IMG/VR virus record: IMGVR_UViG_3300037313_000577
Location: 6,384 to 70,383 of that record
Length of the DNA: 64,000 nt
Reading direction: 5' to 3' (one strand)
Origin: a virus
Taxonomy: Duplodnaviria; Caudoviricetes
Part shown: in pieces, positions 38,721 through 47,965 of the stretch
Layout: every line of letters starts with the position of its first letter
How positions within the stretch are numbered: position 1 is the first letter of the stretch
The notes under the pieces: generated by a model
The model's input: only the letters and a program-made list of their open reading frames with translations
Told to the model about the DNA's origin: nothing
Database searches by the model: none
Translations under genes and position numbers: made by a program

Positions 38721-39338
38721 CTAGCTCCATCGATTCACGAATGTTTTATACTCTTTGCGCGTACTTTCGTACACATCGTACACGATCCACGATAAACCAT
38801 TCTCCTGTTGGTGGTGTGTGGTGATGCGTCCCTGAATCGCCAATACACGATCACAGACCGTGCATGCGCGCACATGTAGTGCAAAATGCACACGCGTGTA
38901 CGCTTCATGTGGAATGTAGATGATGGAATGTGCATGCCCACACGTCAACTTATCCGCTTGCAAACGCGCCCGATCTAGCTCATGCAAGAGCGATTGCGAA
39001 TAGATCTGCAACATTGTGCCATCGACAAACTGAATCGATGGGCACCATTGTGCGCTTTGTGCAAGTGTGAATGAACGCGTCCAACGCAATGCTTCTGCAT
39101 GCGTATCGAAATACGCGTACATGTGCTTGCCGCTATAGCACAATGCGTGCACGTATGCATGGTTCTGCAATGGCGTTGTTGGATCATCGAAACGCAAAGA
39201 GATGCGCTTGATGTCGTGCTTGTTGCGATGCATCCATTGCTTCGGGTTAATGTCGCGCCGTACGTGCTCGAACGCGGTCCATGCTTCGGTGTACGCGTAC
39301 TCAAACGCGCGCTTTTCCGCTGTAATCCTGCGTGCCAT
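38721..39338 (-). CDS. hypothetical protein
   Basis: GGAGG RBS adjacent to E10. Confidence 0.6.
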   Translation of the reverse strand: MARRITAEKRAFEYAYTEAWTAFEHVRRDINPKQWMHRNKHDIKRISLRFDDPTTPLQNHAYVHALCYSGKHMYAYFDTHAEALRWTRSFTLAQSAQWCPSIQFVDGTMLQIYSQSLLHELDRARLQADKLTCGHAHSIIYIPHEAYTRVHFALHVRACTVCDRVLAIQGRITTHHQQENGLSWIVYDVYESTRKEYKTFVNRWS

Positions 39339-39425
39339 GTGTGTGTGTACCTCCCTTTAAACGCCGAAAAGCGCATGCGATATACATGCGCTTTGGCGAT
39401 TCACAGGTGCGTGTGTGCGTACGTG

Positions 39426-40004
39426 CTAGCGTGCGCGATACCAATTGTGCACGTGATGTTCTGTGATCGTCACGTACTCGTATAAGCCGCGTTGCGCGCG
39501 AATCTCGATACGATTCGGTGAACGCTTCCATGTTTTAATGGACGTAATACGATAACGCTGCGGCGTGAGTCCGTCCGCGTCAAAATGTCCGATTGGATGA
39601 ATGACTTCACCTTGACGCAGATCTTTTGCACATTCGAGATCGAGTGGACGAATCACAGTTCGCGTACCGTGTTGTTGATCTTGCCAGTTTGCAATACGAC
39701 TCGACATAGGATACACAAACAATTCACCATTGACGATCAAGTGATGTGCGATCATACGATCAATGCGCTCCACTGTGATCACAAACACGTTATAGCGTTG
39801 ATCCGCTGAATACATCGCTGTAATCTGATCGTGTGCGTGATGAGTCGCTTCATCGTACGAGTCCGCTTGCACCAAGAGATCGACAATCAATGTGTCTGCT
39901 GCAAACACGCTGAATTGTGGCGTGCCGATTGTCGGATTCTTTGCAGACAATTCTGCAATGATCAACCAGAGCGGATGGTCCGGCACAAAATCGGTCGCTG
40001 GCAT
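39426..40004 (-). CDS. hypothetical protein (cassette E11)
   Basis: GGAGG RBS. C-terminal beta-rich segment (YRITSIKTWKRSPNRIEI). Confidence 0.6.
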   Translation of the reverse strand: MPATDFVPDHPLWLIIAELSAKNPTIGTPQFSVFAADTLIVDLLVQADSYDEATHHAHDQITAMYSADQRYNVFVITVERIDRMIAHHLIVNGELFVYPMSSRIANWQDQQHGTRTVIRPLDLECAKDLRQGEVIHPIGHFDADGLTPQRYRITSIKTWKRSPNRIEIRAQRGLYEYVTITEHHVHNWYRAR

Positions 40005-40119
40005 GATGATCCTCCATGCGTGTGTGTGTACTCACGCGTGTGTGTATGAACGTGCACAATACACGCTCGTTAACGCCGTAAAGCGCATCACATATCGTGA
40101 TGCGCTTTCGGATTCGCTT

Positions 40120-40695
40120 CTACTGATATGCAGGACAGTGTGTCAGTTTTGTTCTGTAATCAATAGCGTAACGTGTACCGAGATGTGTTGTTGCGTGCGT
40201 GTAATTCAAGATCGCGCCACACGCGCTACAACGCAATGCGTTGCTGTATTGTTCTGTTCGTGTAGGCGTGAATGCATGACGCGATTCTGCAATGCGCTTA
40301 AGTAATTGATCCCATGTCAACATGCGTTGCCAACCGACCGGAAGTTTAACAGTCGCGTTGCATGCGATCGACGTGATCACTTCTCCATACGACGCACGCA
40401 CAAGATCGCGCGCTTGCACACCTTGCGGAAGATCAGTAACCGATACGAAATTGATGCGTTGATCTTCAAGCGCTGTACGTAAATGCGCTTGAATGTGACT
40501 CGTTGTTACGCTATAGCGCGTGGTGTTCACAACGAATCGTGGCGCATCTTCGCGCGTGGTTGCAATGGCTGTACCGTACGAAAAGAGCGTACCGTGTTGC
40601 GACCAGACCGCGTTAAGTTCGCGTCCACTATCGCGTGTAGGCGATACGATCCATGCATCGATAAGTTCTGCATTCCGCTCGCGTATGTGTCCCAT
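40120..40695 (-). CDS. hypothetical phage protein (cassette E12)
   Basis: GGAGG RBS. LFSYGTAIA...TTRYSVTTSHIQ segment and C-terminal CxxC. Confidence 0.65.
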   Translation of the reverse strand: MGHIRERNAELIDAWIVSPTRDSGRELNAVWSQHGTLFSYGTAIATTREDAPRFVVNTTRYSVTTSHIQAHLRTALEDQRINFVSVTDLPQGVQARDLVRASYGEVITSIACNATVKLPVGWQRMLTWDQLLKRIAESRHAFTPTRTEQYSNALRCSACGAILNYTHATTHLGTRYAIDYRTKLTHCPAYQ

Positions 40696-40785
40696 TGTGT
40701 ACCTCCATGTGTGTATGCGCATGCATGTGCATACGCTTTAAACGTCTAAAGCGTAGCATGGTGTATGCTACGCTTGAGTGAGTCG

Positions 40786-40989
40786 CTAGCGCGTGATTCG
40801 AATCCAATCGCGTAATTCATCACGGATCGCGATCAACTTTTCGCAATTGTCCGCGAGTCGCTCGTACGGCATTGGATTCTTTGTATCCGCGCTTCGTCGC
40901 TTGACCTCTTTACGCATCTCTACAATGCGATCCGTTAATGCATCCGCGACTAAGATCGCTTCGTCTTGATTAAGCGAGAGATTCTTCAT
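40786..40989 (-). CDS. hypothetical protein (cassette E13)
   Basis: AGGAG RBS, 67 aa, helical. Confidence 0.6.
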   Translation of the reverse strand: MKNLSLNQDEAILVADALTDRIVEMRKEVKRRSADTKNPMPYERLADNCEKLIAIRDELRDWIRITR

Positions 40990-41081
40990 GTGTGTATTCT
41001 CCTGATATGTCCTTTAAACACCTAAAACCATGCAGCATGTGTGCATGGCTTTAGCGATGCGTGTGTGCGTGTAGGCGCGTG

Positions 41082-41303
41082 TTAATCGAGATATTCTAAA
41101 CAATCGTCGCATGCCATATACGGATCGTCGCTTAAGTCGCTTGCGAAGATCGCGCGGATCGGATCGCCATGCCGATCACAAGTGAACGGATCTTGGAGTT
41201 GCGTTTCTGTGAATCGCTTGCGTGCACATTCTGGACAATGATGTGCCGCTTCGTACGTGTAGCCGATCACAGCGGTCGCGTGCAGACGAAATTGTGTGAG
41301 CAT
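41082..41303 (-). CDS. small Cys-rich (2x CxxC) protein
   Basis: AGGAG RBS, CPEC...CDDC. Confidence 0.6.
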   Translation of the reverse strand: MLTQFRLHATAVIGYTYEAAHHCPECARKRFTETQLQDPFTCDRHGDPIRAIFASDLSDDPYMACDDCLEYLD

Positions 41304-41343
41304 GATGTGTGTACTCCTGTGTGTGTACGTGTGTGTGTACGTG

Positions 41344-41583
41344 CTAGGCCCATTCAAGCGTGCGGATCATCTTCTGATCGTCGCGATCTGCTGTAATTAC
41401 GCGTGTGCCAACTTTGAGCGTGCGTGAATGCACAATACGTACAAATACGCCGGTAACACGCTCTGCATGCGCGTGTGCGATGTGTTCTGCCATGACGCTA
41501 TCCGGTGCCGCTACGACGTACGAGAAATCGTTGATGAATCCATCCGCGCGCCATGTAACGATGTACAATTGATCTTTAGGCAT
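41344..41583 (-). CDS. hypothetical protein
   Basis: GGAGG RBS adjacent to E14. Confidence 0.6.
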   Translation of the reverse strand: MPKDQLYIVTWRADGFINDFSYVVAAPDSVMAEHIAHAHAERVTGVFVRIVHSRTLKVGTRVITADRDDQKMIRTLEWA

Positions 41584-41647
41584 ATGTACCTCCCTTTAAA
41601 TGCCTATAACCGTGTACACATCGTACACGGTTATAGACGTGTGTGTG

Positions 41648-42232
41648 CTAGTGGCGCGTGTGTGGACAATCGGATTCGGTACGCCACACAATCTCGTAAT
41701 CGCTCAAGCGAATCTTTTGTAGCGCGTTACAATCGTAACACTTTGCTTGCACAAAATCATCGCCATCGTCGCGCCAGTAATGCATGTTGTGGCCTAGATT
41801 CGTCGCGTGACGCTCTAGATCTCGCATGCGTGCGCCAAGAATGCCAAGCATACAATCGCGCGGGATTGATCGTAGTTCGCGCGCATTCGCACGTGCCCAT
41901 TCGCGTACGCGTGTGTGATCGCTATCCCAATACGCGCTTGCGATCTCTTGCGGAAGTGCGTGCATCGCTTGCAAGACCGTCGTTGGCACGCGCTCAGGTA
42001 GACCGTCCGATCCGTACGATCCACTGATGTAGATCGGATAATTAACAAGCGTGAATGTCGCCATCATGAAATTTCCGCATTGCGCCATGCGCACGGTACG
42101 AATCGCGCCGTACAATTGCGGATTCGGATGCTGATCGGCATGTCCGTATGCAAGCAAGAGATACGATCCGCTAGAGCGTTGCGATCCGTCACGCGTGTAC
42201 CATGTGCGTGCTTTGCCGTCATTGATGAACAT
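41648..42232 (-). CDS. hypothetical protein (cassette E15)
   Basis: GGAGG RBS, 194 aa. Confidence 0.6.
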   Translation of the reverse strand: MFINDGKARTWYTRDGSQRSSGSYLLLAYGHADQHPNPQLYGAIRTVRMAQCGNFMMATFTLVNYPIYISGSYGSDGLPERVPTTVLQAMHALPQEIASAYWDSDHTRVREWARANARELRSIPRDCMLGILGARMRDLERHATNLGHNMHYWRDDGDDFVQAKCYDCNALQKIRLSDYEIVWRTESDCPHTRH

Positions 42233-42322
42233 GATGTGTACCTCCATGTGTGTATGTTTGCGCGTGTGTGCGCTTTAAATGCCTAAAGCGTATCACGATA
42301 TATGATACGCTTTAGAGATTGC

Positions 42323-42562
42323 CTAACGCTTAAAGATACTTAAGCAGGTATCTAGTTCATGATCCGATGCGTGATTGTAGTATTGTCCTGCGACGGTATC
42401 CGGTCCACTACGTGCAAGATATTCGAGAATCTCATGTGCATCTTTGCGCGTCAATGTGTGCGGATCGCGTCCAATTCTGCGTGCTTGACTACGAATCGCG
42501 CCTTGTGTGATTGTGCGTGCATAAATGTACGTTGCCTTGAGGTCAAAGTTCAATTTGATCAC
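42323..42562 (-). CDS. hypothetical protein (cassette E16)
   Basis: GTG start after GGAG. Confidence 0.55.
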   Translation of the reverse strand: MIKLNFDLKATYIYARTITQGAIRSQARRIGRDPHTLTRKDAHEILEYLARSGPDTVAGQYYNHASDHELDTCLSIFKR

Positions 42563-42648
42563 GTTCCTACTCCATGTATGTATGGCTTTAAACGCCTAAC
42601 GCGCATGGCGATGTACCATGCGCGTAGCCGATTCACAGTGCGTGCGTG

Positions 42649-43149
42649 CTAGCATCCGGTAATGCTTGACCAAAAGATCTCGTATGGATCGGGATTCGCG
42701 CTTGGCTCGTATTTTACATCGATGCGTGCGCGTGCGTGCAAGAGTCCCAGTAAGTAGATGTCCTGTTCAGGCGTAAGCTTGAATCGCTTGCGTACAACAT
42801 CGTATGCGGTACGCTTATACTTGATCTCACTTCGTATGCAATGCCATAACGGTAAGTGAAAGTGTGCATAGAGATCAAACGCCGTATGCCAAAAGCGCGT
42901 GCTATGTGATTCGCTTGGATCGCAACACAGATGCGCGTATTCATGTAACAAGCAAAGCGCTTGATCGACACCGCTTTTACCTGCTGAAATATGCATGCGA
43001 TTGAGCGCGGGCCATGCACGTCCGCTACTATTGTAATGCTTCGTGTTGGTCCACGTGATCGACGGCATAGGTCGATTCTTATATTCGCATGCACGTTCGA
43101 TCACTTGGATCGCCCAATCCGGCACATTTTTCGTAGATACGCGTGACAT
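42649..43149 (-). CDS. SprT-like zinc metalloprotease-domain protein
   Basis: LLHEYAH (HExxH) followed by H..RFW. AGGAGTACACACAATG RBS. Frame stays open upstream to 43389. Confidence 0.7.
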   Translation of the reverse strand: MSRVSTKNVPDWAIQVIERACEYKNRPMPSITWTNTKHYNSSGRAWPALNRMHISAGKSGVDQALCLLHEYAHLCCDPSESHSTRFWHTAFDLYAHFHLPLWHCIRSEIKYKRTAYDVVRKRFKLTPEQDIYLLGLLHARARIDVKYEPSANPDPYEIFWSSITGC

Positions 43150-43185
43150 TGTGTGTACTCCTGGTAAACGTGGACGCGATTCACA

Positions 43186-43206
43186 GTGTGTGTGTGTGTG
43201 TGTGTG
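43186..43206. repeat. (TG)n microsatellite
   Basis: About 10 TG units flanked by GATTCACA...TGTGAATC inverted arms. Confidence 0.85.
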
Positions 43207-43295
43207 AATCACGCTCTGAAATTTCATTTTTGCGTGGGGAAATTTCAGAATTGCTGAACTTTGAATTGCACGCCCTATGCATGCGTGCCGACAAT

Positions 43296-43385
43296 GATCG
43301 TGATCGTGATCGTGATCGTGATCGTGATCGTGATCGTGATCGTGATCGTGATCGTGATCGTGATCGTGATCGTGATCGTGATCGT
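43296..43385. repeat. (GATCGT)15 perfect tandem repeat
   Basis: 90 bp of exact hexamer copies. Reads (DH)n on the minus strand. Confidence 0.95.
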
Positions 43386-43482
43386 CCATGGATTCACGTG
43401 CTAGACTAAGCTAGCGCGTGCTCTAATTAATGTCGTTTAAATGCAGAATGCCGACATACAATGTATGTCGGCATTCTGTCTG

Positions 43483-44064
43483 CTACGTGTACTCTACGCA
43501 TCCACATGGATACCAGAGTAGGATTGTGTGCGTGTTAGGGTCAGTAGGCGAGTAATCGCGTGGTATGTAGATCGCACGCCAAAGGCACGTAATGCCGCAT
43601 TGTGTGCGATGGGTTGCTATCGGTTCTGTCTTAATGTGTTGGTACTGACATGTCGCATGGTGTGGCGACTTGCGATGTGTGAATGTCTGAGGAATGCGCC
43701 ATGCTTGATCGCGATCCGGCATGTGCAGAGTACTAAGCTTTGTCTTTGTTTGTGGCGCTGGCGCTGGCGGCTTATAGCGGTCCCCAGTAGATCGCCCTAC
43801 TGGACTCTCTGTCTGTGGCTGTGGCTGTGGCTGTGCTGGCGGCACGCATGGTGCATAGCTTGCAGAACCAGACACAATGCCGGATGGTAGGACATAGACC
43901 ATGCTCGCGCAATGCGTGCATCGTGCTAGGTAGATCTTGCGGGATTCAGAGTAGAGCCATGCGCCAAGACTATGATTGTTCGAGCATGCTTGATCACGCG
44001 CATGATCTAACGCATGCTTGATCACGTGTGATGCATGCGTATAAGGATCTACGATCTGTGTCAT
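43483..44064 (-). CDS. hypothetical Cys/His/Pro-rich protein (cassette E18)
   Basis: GGAG RBS, PQPQPQ tract, CxxC motif. Confidence 0.55.
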   Translation of the reverse strand: MTQIVDPYTHASHVIKHALDHARDQACSNNHSLGAWLYSESRKIYLARCTHCASMVYVLPSGIVSGSASYAPCVPPAQPQPQPQTESPVGRSTGDRYKPPAPAPQTKTKLSTLHMPDRDQAWRIPQTFTHRKSPHHATCQYQHIKTEPIATHRTQCGITCLWRAIYIPRDYSPTDPNTHTILLWYPCGCVEYT

Positions 44065-44135
44065 AGGACTCTCCATACTATAGGCTTTAAATGGCTAAAG
44101 CGATCTACGGCATGTAGATCGCTTTAGAGTATGGA

Positions 44136-44423
44136 CTAGCGTACGCGTACGGTGGCGATATAATGCGTATGTTCTGATCTATCGTGATAGTGCGATCCGA
44201 AAATTGCGAATCCCGTAAACTTATCTGCACGCGCTATTATGGTACGTAGCATGTCGCCTATGTATGCATGCGTTAAGACACATGCGCTATTAACACATGT
44301 TGTGTTGCGATGCACATACGAGATCACGATGCTTGTGTACCCATGCTCAGATGCTTGATTCAGGATCATCTCTGTAAGATCCTGATTCGGATCGCGATGC
44401 ACCATGTTTGGTTGAACGTTCAT
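44136..44423 (-). CDS. hypothetical protein (cassette E19)
   Basis: AAGGAGTACACACAATG RBS. Confidence 0.65.
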   Translation of the reverse strand: MNVQPNMVHRDPNQDLTEMILNQASEHGYTSIVISYVHRNTTCVNSACVLTHAYIGDMLRTIIARADKFTGFAIFGSHYHDRSEHTHYIATVRVR

Positions 44424-44498
44424 TGTGTGTACTCCTTATGTGTGTGTCCTTTAAATGCCTAAAGCCATGCATGGTGTATGCATGGCTTTAGTTATGTG

Positions 44499-44792
44499 CT
44501 AGATGCGCGGAAGGATATCTAGGATAGATATTGTACGATTCGTAGACTTATTCGATTGTACGCCATGCACGTTAATCACCTTGTGTGTATTAGCTTGCAT
44601 TAAAACACTGTATATGACTTGTGTCATAAGGTGATGCTTTAGGATCGTGCTATACGTTCTTGTAATCCTAGCATCCTGATCACGTGCATCGATGTAATCA
44701 ATAGCGATTAACACGTATTTTTGTTTACGTGCATGAGTAAGGATCTGTCCTGCTAGTTGTTCTGCATAGTCGAAAAGATCGTGCTCGCCCAT
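44499..44792 (-). CDS. hypothetical protein (cassette E20), probable distant paralogue of 44136..44423
   Basis: Same RBS leader and a shared L...IL..A....Y..I.I.Y pattern. Confidence 0.65.
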   Translation of the reverse strand: MGEHDLFDYAEQLAGQILTHARKQKYVLIAIDYIDARDQDARITRTYSTILKHHLMTQVIYSVLMQANTHKVINVHGVQSNKSTNRTISILDILPRI

Positions 44793-44874
44793 TGTGTGTA
44801 CTCCTTATGTGTGTGGCCTTTAAATGGCTAAAGCGATCTACGTTTCGTAGATCGCTTTAGTGTATGGTAGCGTG

Positions 44875-45246
44875 CTAGATGTTTGCTAACTTCCGTTCAT
44901 TAAAGAATCTCGCCCAATATGTTTGCAATGTGTAGATTGTTACTTCATTGGCTTGATCATGGCTTGCATCCGCCATGCGTAGACCGTGATAGATATACGC
45001 GTGTACACTGGGATTCAAGACTCCGTGATGCGTCATGATCTCATGGGCAAGCTTGATCAGATACTTAATGTAGATTACATCATCGTATGTCTTGGCAAGC
45101 GTGCACGGTTGATCATGCAATGGCAGCATGGGACATGGTAGACGGGACTCTTCGACTCGTTGGGCGATGTCATAGACAAAGAGTAGATAATCTTTTGACG
45201 TGTTTAGTGGTAGATCCATCGTCATTGTGTCTGATTGAGCATTCAT
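44875..45246 (-). CDS. hypothetical protein (cassette E21)
   Basis: GGAGAGTACACACAATG RBS. Confidence 0.6.
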   Translation of the reverse strand: MNAQSDTMTMDLPLNTSKDYLLFVYDIAQRVEESRLPCPMLPLHDQPCTLAKTYDDVIYIKYLIKLAHEIMTHHGVLNPSVHAYIYHGLRMADASHDQANEVTIYTLQTYWARFFNERKLANI

Positions 45247-45377
45247 TGTGTGTACTCTCCTTTGTGTAAGCTATGGCCTAGCATGGCCTGCCATGGCCTT
45301 TAAATGCCTAAAGCCATGGGGCATGGCCCCATGGCTCTAGGATGGTCTAGGACGGCTTAGGATGGCTTAGGACAAGC

Positions 45378-45929
45378 CTAGCCGATGGACTCTAGGACAG
45401 CATCGCGCCGCTCTTGTTCTGCCTGCACATTCTCTGCTGAGGGCGTGGATTCAGCAGCAGCAGCATCAGAGTCTTTCTTCCCGCGTGACTTCTTCTCTGC
45501 GACATCACAACCATGCTCTTGCAGCAGTGCAAGAACAGTTTCAACTTTGGATTCAGGAATCCACAAGTTGTAGGCTTGCATGTCCTTATGCTTGCCGTGC
45601 GATCCAGTCTCACCAGATTCAACCCGCGCCTTATAGTCTGCGATATGTTCTGGCTTGACGACGTTAAGCGTGATCGCAAAATCCGGCATCTCTACTGTGT
45701 CGTATTTCAGAATGTCATTACTGACCAGATACCGTACACGCGCTTCGCCAACACCTAACAATTCCGCGACCTGCTTAAGGTTAGCAATGCGGATCGCATC
45801 CTTCCGATCTTTCTCCGGCGTGGCATTCTCTGGCGTGTTGTTCGTGGACTCGTCCATGTTGGGATTCTCCTGTTGCGTGATGTTCTCCGGCGTACCCTTG
45901 TTCTTACCCTTACCGCGTGTACCTGCCAT
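45378..45929 (-). CDS. putative DNA-binding protein, first gene of the leftward array
   Basis: GGGGAA RBS. IANLKQVAELLGVGEARVRYLV HTH-like segment with basic/acidic tails. Confidence 0.65.
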   Translation of the reverse strand: MAGTRGKGKNKGTPENITQQENPNMDESTNNTPENATPEKDRKDAIRIANLKQVAELLGVGEARVRYLVSNDILKYDTVEMPDFAITLNVVKPEHIADYKARVESGETGSHGKHKDMQAYNLWIPESKVETVLALLQEHGCDVAEKKSRGKKDSDAAAAESTPSAENVQAEQERRDAVLESIG

Positions 45930-47965
45930 GATCGTATTCCCCCATGTGTGCGCTAGATGCATGCCTTATACATGCATCCTACAGTACACAAACATGCCAT
46001 GTGTGCGTATTCAATCACGCGCGCATGTTTGTGTACTCTAGGATACATACATATGCGAATGGTGGAATGGAGATCGTGATCACAGTGTGCTAAGAAGAAG
46101 ATCCATTGTGTCTCATGGCAGAGTGTGCATACACGTCATGTCTACCCTGCCATGGGACTCTGCTAGTGTTTTGCGTGCATTCTCACTAGGCTAACTATCT
46201 ACCGTGCACGATGCTTGCACGTGGACGGTATAAGCGCATACGTACAAGTAAGCATAGCGTACACGTTCATAACTCGTGTATGGATCGCTAGCGTACGGTT
46301 TACGTATGGCGATTGTATGTAGTTGGTAAGGTACGCACTATGGACGCACACACACATGTGTGTATGCGTCCACACTAGAATGCCGTTCTATGGCTATGTA
46401 CCGTTAGAGATGTGTACCGATCTTGCTTAGATGCAAGCATCATGGACTATGCAGAGTATGCATAGGATACGATTACTCCATACATAAAGCGCGCGTATGT
46501 GTGTCGTCAATGAGCCGATCTTGCATGCGTTTTTATACTCTAAAAACGCAGTGCTATTCAGCCATGTCTACATGTTGCGTCCGGTACGTATGGGGACAAT
46601 TGCTACTGCGATATATGGCGACCATAGCTAGCAGTAGATGCAACATGGATGAGCGGCACGTGTACATCGACGTTGGGACATCGCTGTACATACGACATCA
46701 CCGTATGCAGAGGGAGTCTAACGAACAAGCGAGCATTCTAGGCCATTGAACGTACATGATGCTGACATGTGCACGTGATGCGTGGTGTAGTCGATAGTGT
46801 GTGCGTGATGCGTGCGACATGCGGGGATGCATGGCGCATGCAGGGAGTCAGCATGTGGCGTGTATGTAGTCAATGACGTGTATTGTAAGGTGCAAGTTGT
46901 GGGCGGTATTTCCGCCGCAAGAGAACAGTAGCACGGATCGCGGATATTGTTAATAGCAACTAAATGAGGGTACTCTCCTAAGATGAAGGCAGGATGCGGG
47001 GATGGTGGTAGATTATGGGGATACGGTAGTAGGATATGCGTAGATGAGTAGCAGAAAGTACAATTGTGTGTGCGATTGTTGACCAATAGTCCTACTAGAA
47101 GGGTGTTTTAAATTAGGTATAGTACTGTGTGCGTAACAGGACTAGAGTACAGTTTTGCATGTGGTAGTTTGGTAAGGTATTAATGACCTTTACTACGTCT
47201 TGCAAAGCGTTTGCAAAACACTTGCCCATAGCTTGCACACACTTAGGGTCGCAATACACTTTACACTTTCAGCCATGAACGTCGAATCCCGTACAAACAT
47301 CTCTGTATGTCCATCCACATCCACACGTAGCAAAACACACACAATGCACGTGCAATGCCGCACAATGCCACACAGCGCGTTTCAGAGGCATCTCCGTGTA
47401 TGCAGACATGGACGCATGGAACATGGACGCATGGCCTAGTAGAGCGTAGATGCACGTCCGTAGATCTTCCTCAGTGTGTGCACGTCCATAACTCTCTTGC
47501 ATGCATGGTGCATCGAATGCGTACACACGACCATGACCATGCGACCATGCGACCATGCGCGACGTTGCACACGTGGCAACGCCGGCAGTGCATCATTGCG
47601 CGGACGCATGCGCCGGCAGTGCAGCAACGCACGAAGATCGCGCATGCAGGCCCGGCAGTAAAAACGCGACCCGGAAAACGCGTGCGATCCTCTTGCACAT
47701 CCTCTCACAAACAAAAATGTACAAAGGAAATTTTATACTTTTCACTGAATGTTTTACAGCGTAAAAAAGCCTCGTCATCGACTTGACATCAAGGTATCGC
47801 ATTTTTCACACATCATCTGTCAGCCCTTTTCTCCCCCAACTCTGAGTCTCACTTGTCAACTTACTAAAAGTAACCGACCATTCCCCATCAAATTTTAAGC
47901 TTAAGAACAATAACAATAAAATACGAATTATCGGCACTCCCATTTAGGGCATCCCAATGCCTCAA

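Larger units (their letters stand above)
31955..45340 (-). repeat. array of 21 co-oriented intergenic hairpin-GCRTTTAAA-RBS elements
   Basis: Plus-strand spans: 31955-31992, 32371-32413, 35034-35069, 35778-35822, 36244-36280, 36924-36960, 37164-37205, 37511-37553, 38310-38352, 39356-39398, 40070-40111, 40737-40775, 41013-41054, 41595-41636, 42274-42315, 42587-42627, 43436-43478, 44086-44127, 44450-44491, 44819-44860, 45299-45340. Plus-strand consensus: TTTAAAYGCCTAAAGC-stem-loop-stem'-GCTTTAG. Confidence 0.93.

Noticed and set aside
31955-45340. CRISPR array or TIGR-like guide array
   Set aside because: Repeats are not identical, the intervals are 200-2600 bp protein-coding cassettes with RBSs, and no cas operon or Nop-domain gene is present. 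The Cas4-like gene is a solo phage exonuclease.
31955-45340. Classical integron attC cassette array
   Set aside because: No RYYYAAC/GTTRRRY ends (GCRTTTAAA instead), no consistent extrahelical bases, and no tyrosine recombinase in the window. Kept only as an analogy.
31955-45340. Ordinary rho-independent terminators
   Set aside because: At most three U residues, separated from the stem by a fixed GCR linker and followed by AAA. Genuine U-tailed terminators elsewhere (17903, 31243) look different. Weak termination is not excluded.
45341-45380. Short TAGGAYGGY tandem repeats
   Set aside because: Four degenerate 10-bp units next to element E21; too short and irregular to support a separate function.
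31299-45929. Amber (TAG) stop-codon reassignment
   Set aside because: TAG ends ORFs cleanly just before non-coding hairpins, long genes are uninterrupted in the standard code, and no suppressor tRNA is seen.
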